64,000 nucleotides of DNA from an uncultured Acidobacteriota bacterium (GCA_963720155.1 CAVREP010000016.1:4847-68846), one strand, 5' to 3'; counted from the first letter of the stretch, positions 50,896 through 59,772 are shown. Numbers and translations are program-made. The notes: generated by a model not told the origin, from the sequence alone.

Positions 50896-51836
50896 GTCCG
50901 GTCCTCCCAGCGATGCTCGAGCCGGCGCATGGCTTCCCGCATCAACTCCGGAGAGCCGCTTAAATACCACTGCGTGTCCGCGACATGGACATGACCGAGG
51001 TAGGCGCACAAGATCGGCAGGAGGCGCTCTGGATCTTGGTTAGCCCGATACCACGTTACCAGCGTGTTGGTTGCGAATCGGTGTCTCATGTCATGCAGAC
51101 GTGGCCCGTGATGGTCGGATATGCCGCGCAGACCGATCTGCCGGGACAAGGCATAGAACGTTCTATGAATCTCTCCGCCATCCAAACGATTGCCCCAGTT
51201 GGAAACGAACCGGTAGGAGGAGACCTCTCGTCCCGCCCAATGACGTTGCCGTCGTGCGAGGTAGTCGGCAAGTACTTTGCAAGTCGATGCGTGCAAAGGC
51301 ACGAGTCGAGACTTGCCAAACTTGCCGCTGCGGATGGTCAACACCGCCGCCTTAAGATCCACGTCATGAAGCTCGAGACTGCGCGCTTCACCAAGGCGTA
51401 GGCCAGAGACACTCAGGAGTCCAAACAGACAATAGTAAGTCCAAGGTCGCAGTTTGCCGAGTTCACAACGACAGGGCATGTCGAGAGTAGCGCGCAGTAA
51501 ACGCCGAATTTCATCGTCCGAGTACAGGTAGGGCCGCGCTCGCCTCGGTCGAAATGGCAACAAGCCTTGGTGGGGAATCTGCGTTCGCGGATCGGTCGCA
51601 CTACGATGGCGGGCAAATCCACGAACGAAACTCAGCCGTTGCGCCCAGTGCGCGGGTTGGACGTTTATCGGTTGTTGAGCCCAAGCGAGCGCCAAGGCTG
51701 TGGTGATGTAGGAAGTGCGGTGGCGCTCCATGAAGGTGACGAAATCGAGCAATCCCTTGCCTGCATGCTGCAGCTTGAACCCCAAGCTACGGCGCAGACT
51801 CAGGTATTCTTGAACGGCCTGTCGAAGCGTGTTCAT
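50892..51836 (-). CDS. ritB: tyrosine recombinase RitB2
   Basis: MNTLRQAVQEYL from ATG 51836 (ATGA overlap with the ritA2 stop). LRLGEA, HDMRHRFA, LGHVHVADTQWYL. Confidence 0.85.
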   Translation of the reverse strand: MNTLRQAVQEYLSLRRSLGFKLQHAGKGLLDFVTFMERHRTSYITTALALAWAQQPINVQPAHWAQRLSFVRGFARHRSATDPRTQIPHQGLLPFRPRRARPYLYSDDEIRRLLRATLDMPCRCELGKLRPWTYYCLFGLLSVSGLRLGEARSLELHDVDLKAAVLTIRSGKFGKSRLVPLHASTCKVLADYLARRQRHWAGREVSSYRFVSNWGNRLDGGEIHRTFYALSRQIGLRGISDHHGPRLHDMRHRFATNTLVTWYRANQDPERLLPILCAYLGHVHVADTQWYLSGSPELMREAMRRLEHRWEDRT

Positions 51837-53071
51837 CGCACACCTCCCGGCCACGGCAAAGCCAGCGTACGCAATGCCTTGATGTCAACCTTGGTGTAGA
51901 TCTTGGTGGTCTGTGGATGGCGATGGCCGAGCAACTCGCCAATCTCGCTCAGCGAAGCACCTTGGCGCAACATCTCGGTGGCCAATCCATGGCGAAACTG
52001 GTGAGCCCCTGAGGTTGTAGCCTGGATGCCGGCACGCTGGAGCGCGTGCCGAACGATAGAGGCAACGCCACTCACCCCGCGAAAAGCGCAAATCGGGGCT
52101 CTGGCTCGTAAGAATACGCGGCGGCGGGTGCTATGGGGTCGTCCTCGCCGCAGGTAGGCAGCGATGGCTTTCCCGACCTCTGTGGGCAAGGGCAGTCGGT
52201 TGCGCGGACCACTCTTGCCGCGCACATTTACTTGTCCCAGGTTCCAGTCAATGTCACCGAGTTCGAGAGATACCACTTCCCCTGCCCGCAATCCCAATCG
52301 CGCTAGCATGAGCAAGATGGCATAGTCTCGCCGCCCAACTGCAGCGCGACGATCGATACTGGCCAGGAGTTGGCGTACGTGGTCCGCGGAAATCGCTCGG
52401 GGGATCGATGTCATCGACCAGTTGGCAACGATAGGAACGGCGGGGGCCAGATCAAGCGTGACCTCCCCGAGATATCGCGCGTACTGCAGGAAGGAGCGCA
52501 ATGCGGTGGTCATGAGCTTCGCCGTCTTCCTGTGCAGTCGTGGCGCTTGGCGCGGCACGAACCTTACAACATCGCTTGCACGCAGACGCGAGAGCGTGAC
52601 TCGTGCGGAACCGAAACTGTCTTTGAGAAAACTGCGAATGAACGGAACGTAGTTGACGATTGTCGGGCGGGCCAGTGCGCGTACTTCCAGTAAATATTTC
52701 CCGAATGCTTGGGCACAATGCTCAGCCGGAGTCGGTTGGCATGCCAATTTCTTTTCGCGGGGGATCACGCCCTCGCCGCGCAAAAAGCCGATGAGATGCT
52801 TGAGGGCAGCGGCGTCCCCCCGGCCAAGTCGTACGTGTCGAGCGCGATATCGCAGATACCGTGCCGGATGATCGGAGCAGAGGCTGCGCAGTCCAACCCC
52901 GTTCTGCTGAAGCCATCGGCTAAAACATGCAGCGAGCAAAACCTGTCGATGAATCGATGCCAAACTGTATCCCTGCTTACTCACCGATTCTGCAAACGAG
53001 CCGATTTGTGCTGCGAGCGGCCCTTCCGGCGCTCGCGATAGAACCACTTGGTTGTTGATGATGCACTTCAT
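51833..53071 (-). CDS. ritA: tyrosine recombinase RitA2
   Basis: 412 aa. LRAGEV, FRHGLATEML, LGHRHPQTTKIYTKV. Confidence 0.85.
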   Translation of the reverse strand: MKCIINNQVVLSRAPEGPLAAQIGSFAESVSKQGYSLASIHRQVLLAACFSRWLQQNGVGLRSLCSDHPARYLRYRARHVRLGRGDAAALKHLIGFLRGEGVIPREKKLACQPTPAEHCAQAFGKYLLEVRALARPTIVNYVPFIRSFLKDSFGSARVTLSRLRASDVVRFVPRQAPRLHRKTAKLMTTALRSFLQYARYLGEVTLDLAPAVPIVANWSMTSIPRAISADHVRQLLASIDRRAAVGRRDYAILLMLARLGLRAGEVVSLELGDIDWNLGQVNVRGKSGPRNRLPLPTEVGKAIAAYLRRGRPHSTRRRVFLRARAPICAFRGVSGVASIVRHALQRAGIQATTSGAHQFRHGLATEMLRQGASLSEIGELLGHRHPQTTKIYTKVDIKALRTLALPWPGGVR

Positions 53072-53175
53072 GGTGGACTCCTTCCCCGACTCTGCGGGCT
53101 AGTACAAGGAGCTCAGAATATGTCTATACCGCCTCAAGTAGAAGCCCTGGAAATCGGGCCCTCGCAGATTTACAA

Positions 53176-53198
53176 GACATAGTCAGGAAGGGTAGATA
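53176..53198. repeat. RIT2 inverted repeat (ritA-proximal end)
   Basis: GACATAGTCAGGAAGGGTAGATA. Confidence 0.9.
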
Positions 53199-53232
53199 GT
53201 GGCGCCTATGTCTCTGGGTACATAGCAGGCAC

Positions 53233-53445
53233 TCATGCGCGATGCACACTTTGCAGGCAACTGGAGATATTCGGAAGGTTGCTCTCTGGCTTGGGCACGC
53301 CAGTCTTCAAAGCACGGAGGTCTATCTCCGAGCCGATCCCGCCGAAAAGCTGGAGACCATAGCGTCATTGGTTCCCCCTGCTTTACGACGCGGTCACTTT
53401 CGGCCCCCGGATAAGCTACTCGCCATGCTTCGGCCGGAAAAGTGA
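53233..53445 (+). pseudogene. ritC: RitC1, displaced 3' part
   Basis: In phase with 47320-48099. SCAMHTLQATGDIRKVALWLGHASLQSTEVYLRADP.. completes the HxxR..GH..Y region. 780 + 213 nt = 331 codons. Confidence 0.8.
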
Positions 53446-53509
53446 ATATCGTTATGCGCCGTCCAAGGTATAGAGAGCGGCTGATTTTACAGGCTTCCTT
53501 CTGAGTCAC

Positions 53510-53537
53510 TCCGCATATCTATGGACGGCGCATAATT
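53510..53537. repeat. RIT1 inverted repeat, right
   Basis: TCCGCATATCTATGGACGGCGCATAATT. Confidence 0.8.
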
Positions 53538-54220
53538 GCGCTTTTGCGCTGCACCGCAAAGCGCAAGGGGTTCGAGGGGCTGTACGGTCTGGTCCGGGAT
53601 CGACGATCAGCACAGGCAGGAAATCCAGAACTACGCCATCACGGGGACGACGCTGACGGCGTTCGCGCCGCAGCGCACGCAAAGGATTTCTCTAGCGGAC
53701 CTTGATATTTCAGCGACGACCAAGGCCAACGACGACCCGGAGTGGACTTCCGTGTGCCGGGTGGCGAAGGGCAGTAAATTCGTGTTTCCACGGCACGTAT
53801 CCCTTCGATCAGTCTCCCTACAACCGATCACCGGCACAATTAGCGGAACACCGCCACTTCTCCGGTGAGCGCAATGGCGATAACGGGATGGTCCACCGCC
53901 TGGCGGCCCCCACTGCTACCTAATAATCCCTTCCCCAGAAGGCTGGCACCCTCTCGGCCCTTTCTTCATTTGTATCGTAAGATCGTGCAATCCGGCTGCA
54001 TCCAGATGGCAATTGATCCCTTGTTTTCCGCCGCCGCTCACGACCGCCAGATTACGACCCAGTTTTCACGACGCATCTCGATCTAGAAAGACCTTCATGA
54101 ATAATGCAGGAATGTGAGCATCACGCCGCTATTTGAGACCTAGAAAGGTCGGGAGATTCGCACGCCATCCCTCCGGCAGCGTGTGCAATCTGCCAAGAGC
54201 GGGTCTTTCGCGGGTGGCGG

Positions 54221-55573
54221 TCAAGCGTCTCCTCTTAGGGCCGCGGGGACTTGCATAGGGACAAGAAAGTTGCTGGCGAGAAGATAGGCGAACAGGTGTC
54301 CGAGAGGCGGCGCCCGACGCAGCTGGCTGGCAGAAACCCATCCATTCGTCTCACTCCATTCCCAACCCGTAGTGGAAACACTCTTCAGCCCTTCCCGCAG
54401 ATCCGCGGCGGTCATCGGATAAACGTAGATCCGAACATTCTGGGCGAAGAGACGTGCGAGGGCCTCCAGAAGTCTGCCTTCGAGATTGCCGTAAACGTCT
54501 TCAAACGCTCGAATGACCAGGGAAAGACCTGCGACGAAGCGCACAGGCGCCTGCGTATGGCGGTTTACGAGAGCTGTCATGTGGTAGAGCTCGGGTTTAC
54601 GAAAAAGCAGCACGTCGCCGCCAGCGTCGAGAAGAGAATTAATGCGACGAAGCAAGTCGGGAATCTCCGGGGCTGGTTCGTTCGACGCGAACGGAGCGAC
54701 TGTCAGGCAAAAAAAGCCAGCGGGCGCCGACTTTGTTTCGCCAAGCTCCTTCCGAAGCTCCTGAACGGCCGAAGCCAACAATCGCAGGTGAACTTGCGAG
54801 TGCGCTGGGTCCGTGTGGCCAAAATATCCCGGTGCAAGCACGACGGCTTTCTTGTAGAGAACCTCGGTCGGGGGAACCGTGGAGCCCTTGGCGGGGAAAA
54901 GTACCGCCTCTGCGAGTCCCGCACGAACCAAGTGGACTCGCAGGGCACGGCGATCCCAACTCTCGAATGCTGGCCCGCGAAGATCCACGTAGTCGATCTC
55001 GATTCGCTCCGCGACGACGTCTTGTGCCAGGCCTTCCAGAAATGATTCCTTGAGTTGCACTTCATAGAACGCGGCATAGATGAGGTTGACGCCCAGAATA
55101 CCGATGGCTTGCTGCTGGAGGACATTGGAAGGATCGCGCATATTGATGTGCAGCAGGATGTCGTTGGGAGGACCGCCGGGCTGCAACTGAAACCGGAGAC
55201 CGATCCAGCCATGTGAGTCGTTGGTTCCGGCGAAGTTACGGGCGGAGACGGTATCAACAAAGCAGAAGAAGCGAGTTTGTGGCCCACGGGTTTTGCTTAA
55301 TTGCGTGAGAAGCTGGGCCCATTCGTTGTCCAGCATCGCCTCGAGTCGCTGTTTGGATACGTAGCGCGATCCGGAGCCGTAGAGATCATCGCTGACTTCC
55401 TTGTCGTAAGCGGAAATGGTTTTGGCCACAGTGCCGGAGGCCCCTCCCACTAGGAGGAACCAGCGCGCGACTTCCTGTCCGGCGCCGATTTCGGCGAAAG
55501 AACCGAAGGTGGATGTATCGAGATTCAGGGTGAGCGCTTTGTGGTGAGTGTCGAGTTTTTCAGTAGAAGGCAT
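54221..55573 (-). CDS. conserved-looking hypothetical protein, family not recognised
   Basis: 450-aa ORF with coherent codon usage. N-terminal FGSFAEIGAGQEVARWFLLVGGASGTVAKTISAYDKEVSDDLYG. No TM segment or signal peptide. Confidence 0.7.
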   Translation of the reverse strand: MPSTEKLDTHHKALTLNLDTSTFGSFAEIGAGQEVARWFLLVGGASGTVAKTISAYDKEVSDDLYGSGSRYVSKQRLEAMLDNEWAQLLTQLSKTRGPQTRFFCFVDTVSARNFAGTNDSHGWIGLRFQLQPGGPPNDILLHINMRDPSNVLQQQAIGILGVNLIYAAFYEVQLKESFLEGLAQDVVAERIEIDYVDLRGPAFESWDRRALRVHLVRAGLAEAVLFPAKGSTVPPTEVLYKKAVVLAPGYFGHTDPAHSQVHLRLLASAVQELRKELGETKSAPAGFFCLTVAPFASNEPAPEIPDLLRRINSLLDAGGDVLLFRKPELYHMTALVNRHTQAPVRFVAGLSLVIRAFEDVYGNLEGRLLEALARLFAQNVRIYVYPMTAADLREGLKSVSTTGWEWSETNGWVSASQLRRAPPLGHLFAYLLASNFLVPMQVPAALRGDA

Positions 55574-55958
55574 AGTCAGGCTCCAGTCGGGCGAACTTCT
55601 AAGAGGCGCGAAGCGTCCGGACGAGCTAGCGAAACTCGGCGCGCGAGGGCGATTCTACCCGAGATTTCGTTTTTGATTTCGAAAATGGTAAAGATTCTAC
55701 AACCGTTTTGCCCTCCTGCACGTTGATTGAACCATTTCCTTCTGGGCCGCCGCAAAGGGTCAGCCTCCAGCAAGATCCAGAGCCGGCCAGAAGTCCCGTT
55801 GTGGGAAGTTGGAAGCTCCACTTGGAGCTGCTGCCAATTGAGGGCGGATGACGGCTAACCGGTAGTAATCCGCCTGGACGACAGCTGGTTTTACAAACGG
55901 CTGCATGGGGATCATTGGCGAAATCAGGTGTTGCGCTGCCTGAGAATTTGCTGGTGAA

Positions 55959-56177
55959 ATGGCGAAGTCACGCCGGCTGCGGATTCAATGTGTCAACCAT
56001 GTGTTTCCTCTGACACTTACGGTCGACCAGGGGAAAGTTGCCGGGCCAAATGGTGCAGCTGCCAAGCTTGGAATTCCACGGTCGACGCTTGATTTGAAAA
56101 TCAAGCAGCTCAGTATAAAGAAAACGGCGTCCGGTAAAGTTCGCAGGCAACTCCCAGAATTGGAACAAAGCCCATGA
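55959..56177 (+). CDS. small protein with Fis/NtrC-type HTH_8 motif (may be a gene remnant)
   Basis: GPNGAAAKLGIPRSTLDLKIKQLSIKK. Its stop overlaps the ATG of the next ORF (ATGA). Confidence 0.35.
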   Translation: MAKSRRLRIQCVNHVFPLTLTVDQGKVAGPNGAAAKLGIPRSTLDLKIKQLSIKKTASGKVRRQLPELEQSP

Positions 56178-56404
56178 CAACGCTCCAGGAATTCAGATGT
56201 GAAGTCTGTGGACTCGTTACCACCAACCCCATCCACTGGTTCGTGATTCGATCTGGAGATTCCGATCTCACCGTCTACCGGTGGAACTCTGAAACAGCCA
56301 ACGCGCCGGGAGCCCGGCATTATTGCGGTGAGGCTCATGCCGAGGTGTACATCAGCCGCTGGTTTGACTCGGTGTGCGCGCCGCCGAAGCCAAGCTTTAC
56401 CTAG
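56174..56404 (+). CDS. small CxxC hypothetical protein
   Basis: 76 aa: MTTLQEFRCEVCGLVTTNPIHWF..HYCGEAHAEVY. Confidence 0.45.
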   Translation: MTTLQEFRCEVCGLVTTNPIHWFVIRSGDSDLTVYRWNSETANAPGARHYCGEAHAEVYISRWFDSVCAPPKPSFT

Positions 56405-56548
56405 CGCCTTGACGGTGCGTCATTACTGGAATGCGGGATTGGCTTTCGGTATGAGCACCGGGTTAGCGGCTTGTGGCCGGCACTCTTTGGAATGCGTAAA
56501 TCGCCTGCAACGAACCCATGGCCTTGTGGGGTCTATGGCAGCGCGGGA

Positions 56549-58198
56549 TTATGGTTTCAGAAGTGACTCCCCGTAACCAACAGGAATGGCGAAGTTCGAG
56601 CCGCCGAACTCACGCACCATGGCAAAATTAATTCCGATAACTTTGCCCTCATCGTTGAAAAGCGGGCCACCCGAGCCGCCCGAGGTGGTTTGGGCGTCAT
56701 AGACGATCTTGTCAGGCAGTACGTCGCCAATGTGCCCCTGAGTGGTGATGGGTCTGATCAGGTGACGACGGGCCAGTTCCTCCATCACCTGCTTTGAGTC
56801 ACCTTTGGACGCGGTGGCGATGGACTGGAGAGTCTCGGTGCCCGCTCGAGCCAGAATTGCGTCCAGAGCAGTGGGATATCCAAGCAGCACGACGGGACCG
56901 CCGCTGACTGCCGAACGGCGGCCATCGGCAAGGGCTATCTGTTTGATTCCGAGTTGTGAAATATCTGCTTTTAGGACTGCAACGTCAGCGGTAGTGGAAA
57001 TCCTTTCGGTATTGATGGCAATGCCGTGCGAGACGCCCGGGAAATACGCAGTCATCTCCACGGTCACTGGCTCAAGCCCTTGATCGAGCATTTCCTTCAA
57101 ATCATCGTTCTGCCACCACGGTTCGGCCACGTGATGATTGGTGAGGATTTGTCCAGTAGTGGAGGCAAGAAATCCCGTACCAAAAGCATCCAAGTGTACT
57201 TCCGGTCCGCTCCCAGTGAGGCTCAAGAGCGGGTTGTCATGTTCGTCAGTCTTCGGGGCGCCACTGCTGGTCATCTCAGCGTAGTGCAATCTCAATCCCG
57301 TGGTGTGCTCTCGGAAGGCGAGCACAATGTGGATAAGGCAGACGCTGGGCTCGTAAGATTGGATGATCGTCTGCGCCACCTTTCCCTCACTCTCGAGCTT
57401 TTGAAGACGGGTTTCTACTGCCGTTAACTGATTTTGCAAAGCAGACGTGTTCTCGTCTTTGCTGGCCGCAATCTGCGACCGCAGGTCTTCGCTCCTTTTC
57501 TGAAGTTGCACTTTTTGTGGATCGCTCGCCAGGGATGGACTGTGTTCGCCACCCTCAAGACCCCGGCGCGAGCTCTCCATCAACCGTTGTTCGGTTAGCA
57601 TGCCGGTTTGCAATCGAGTGATCGCAGCGTAGACCCGGGTATTCTGTTGTTGGTTGTGGCGATATAAGAGGAAGAAGACCAGCGCAGCGGCCACAAGCAC
57701 GGCAATTGCTGTCCGCCCGCCCACCCGGAGCGTCCGCCGTTCCTCGTTGACCGCGGTCACCACCTGCTGGGTAGCGTTTCGATTCTCCTCGGCAAGGCGC
57801 AACCGGTCGCGAAATTCGTCCGCAACGGATTTATCCCGCAGTTGGGAACGCAACCGCGATAACAATTCGTGGGAGTCGAAGGGCAGTGACAGTACATCGT
57901 CGGCACCAAGATCAAGGCCCCGAGTACGCTCGGCGGATCCTCCCGGCGAGAGCATCACAACGCGAATATGGTGAGTCTGCTCGGAACCCTTGATTTCGGA
58001 GAGAAGGTCACAGCAATCGAGCTGGGGCGGATCCGCACCCAGGACCACTACGTCGGGATCGAAGGCGTCGACCGCTTTCATTCCTTGCTGGTAGTCGCTC
58101 GAGACTACATATCCCGCATCGCGGAGTACGGCGACGATTTGCTCCCGGAGAGCATCATCGGATTCCACCACTAGCAATTTCCCAGCTCTGGAGTTCAT
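56549..58198 (-). CDS. atypical receiver domain - coiled coil/TM - trypsin-like (S1) serine protease fusion
   Basis: ATG 58198 (MNSRAGKLLVVESDD). REC-like N-terminus with SLPF in place of the usual KPF. TM segment TAIAVLVAAALVFFLLY. Protease triad context LTNHHV, DVAVLK, GGSGGPLF. No PDZ seen. Confidence 0.8.
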   Translation of the reverse strand: MNSRAGKLLVVESDDALREQIVAVLRDAGYVVSSDYQQGMKAVDAFDPDVVVLGADPPQLDCCDLLSEIKGSEQTHHIRVVMLSPGGSAERTRGLDLGADDVLSLPFDSHELLSRLRSQLRDKSVADEFRDRLRLAEENRNATQQVVTAVNEERRTLRVGGRTAIAVLVAAALVFFLLYRHNQQQNTRVYAAITRLQTGMLTEQRLMESSRRGLEGGEHSPSLASDPQKVQLQKRSEDLRSQIAASKDENTSALQNQLTAVETRLQKLESEGKVAQTIIQSYEPSVCLIHIVLAFREHTTGLRLHYAEMTSSGAPKTDEHDNPLLSLTGSGPEVHLDAFGTGFLASTTGQILTNHHVAEPWWQNDDLKEMLDQGLEPVTVEMTAYFPGVSHGIAINTERISTTADVAVLKADISQLGIKQIALADGRRSAVSGGPVVLLGYPTALDAILARAGTETLQSIATASKGDSKQVMEELARRHLIRPITTQGHIGDVLPDKIVYDAQTTSGGSGGPLFNDEGKVIGINFAMVREFGGSNFAIPVGYGESLLKP

Positions 58199-58478
58199 AG
58201 CATCCGTTTCATAGGATGGTGCTAGACCGTCGGGGGATTCAGTTCGCCTAGATATTAAATACTCTTGCCGCTGACGAAGCGATGGTGAATGCCGCACACC
58301 AACTCCAGAAAAGGGGTGAGCGCGTGCAGCGTAACCTATTTCCGTCAACAGAATCTGACGGTCATGCCGACGAGTGCGGTCAACGACCATGTCTCGATTT
58401 CGCCCAAGCGCATTCGACAGGGGGGATCCAGCCCAGTAAAATTTAAGTCTTACCGGACGAACGACAATCCTACAAACA

Positions 58479-58833
58479 TTACGTGCAATGCAAGTCCATC
58501 CCGGGGTTGATGCGGCCCAGGTTGGCGTTGGAACGTGATGATATTCGTAGCCAGTTACTTACAGAAAACTTTGTGGTGTTAGGAATCAAGAAGTGATCTT
58601 GATAGTTGGTCACGGACCAGAACGCTCCAGCGGGGGCACTTGACCTTTGGCAAAGGTGATCGCGTATTTCTTCCCGCCATCCAGAAGCTTTCCTTTGCTG
58701 TCCTGAACCAGAAGCGGGTAGTAGCCATCTTGAGGTAAGTTCGTTCCGAAGCCGACAAATGTGATGCCCGCCCTAAGTTTGTAGTCCGTACCGTAGTTTC
58801 CCAGATTGGAGTTTGGAATTACCCACCTATTCT
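58479..58833 (-). pseudogene. DUF1214-like gene remnant (5' truncated, frameshifted)
   Basis: ..YGTDYKLRAGITFVGFGTNLPQDGYYP..YAITFAKGQVPP. After a frameshift, ..GAFWSVTNYQDHFLIPN.. The N-terminal part is replaced by the transposase remnant. Confidence 0.5.
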
Positions 58834-59772
58834 TCAACCCGCCTTGGCCAAAGCCAGGTGCGTCCGTGAACGGTGATAGTACACGAAATACTCTTTCATC
58901 AGCTTGCGCAGACGTCGTTGGTTCAGCACCACGACATGGTCCAGACACTCGCGCCGAATCGACCCAATTCGCCGCTTGGCAAATGCGTTCTGCCAAGGAC
59001 TTCGTGGTGCCGTGATGACCTCTTTCATTCCCCGGCCCCGGATTCGACGCCGAAACTCGCTGCCGTAGCTGCCGTCACGGTCGCGAATCAGATAGCGTGG
59101 AGCATCCTGTTCGCTGAAAGCCTCAACCATCTGCTGACCTAACCATTCGTCAGTGGGATGCCCCGTGACTCCAAAGTGAAGCACCCTTCTACGGCGATGT
59201 TCCAGAACAAGGAACACGAACAGCACCCGCAGTCTGACCGTCGGCACGGTGAAGAAATTGGCCGCAACGATCTCCCCGATGTGGTTCTGTAAGAAAGTCT
59301 CCCCAGGTCTGTGACGGTGGTCGTTTGAAGGTGTGCAGAATGCGGGAGACGGTTCGTTCCGAAACCTCGATTGCGAGTTTTAGTAACTCGCCGGGGATGC
59401 GTGGCGCACGCCACAAGGGATTCGCGCCAGCTATGGTCTGAATCGGCTCGCGGATCTGCTTGCTTACTGGCGGACGGCCAATCGTTTTCCCCGGCTCGCA
59501 CGACAAATGCCCCCAATAGCGGCGAAAACGCTGTCTCTGCCCACGCACGACAGTGTCCGGATGGACGATGATTAGTGCTCGTCGCCAGTTCTTCCAGAAC
59601 TTTGCAAGCACGATCCAGAACACTCGGTCGGAGCGATTTAAGCGTGGATACTTGCGATGACGTTTGAAGACTGCCCATTGTGGCGGAGCGCGATGTTCTC
59701 CAGAACGAGCGCTTGTTGGCCACGCGCGAAGAGCCAAACCAAGCGAACCAAACGCAGAAGGAACTCTGGCAT
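58834..59772 (-). pseudogene. DDE (rve/integrase-core) transposase remnant, at least two frameshifts, C-terminally truncated
   Basis: Pieces in three frames: MPEFLLRLVRLVWLF..LENIALRH / WAVFKRHRKYPRLNRSDRVFWIVL..IIVHPDTVVRGQRQRFRRYW..APRIPGELLKLAIEVSERTV..PPSQTW / ETFLQNHIGEIVAANFFTVPTVRLRVLFVFLVLEHRRRRVLHFGVTGHPT..RDRDGSYG..SPWQNAFAKRRIGSIRRECLDH..YHRSRTHL. Confidence 0.8.

Larger units (their letters stand above)
48100..53198 (-). mobile_element. RIT element 2 inserted in ritC1, itself carrying a group II twintron
   Basis: Bounded by perfect 23-nt inverted repeats. Holds ritA2-ritB2-ritC2 on the - strand. 3426 bp once the 1673-nt intron stack is subtracted. Confidence 0.85.
45029..53537 (+). 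mobile_element. RIT (recombinase-in-trio) element 1, degenerate, carrying nested insertions
   Basis: Three tandem tyrosine recombinases bounded by 28-nt imperfect inverted repeats. See findings. Confidence 0.8.

Noticed and set aside
55860-55958. Possible AAA+ (sigma-54 activator) remnants upstream of the HTH_8 mini-ORF.
   Set aside because: Only short ambiguous strings (GIIGEI, LPENLL) appear, in the wrong order and in different frames. They are not supportable by eye.
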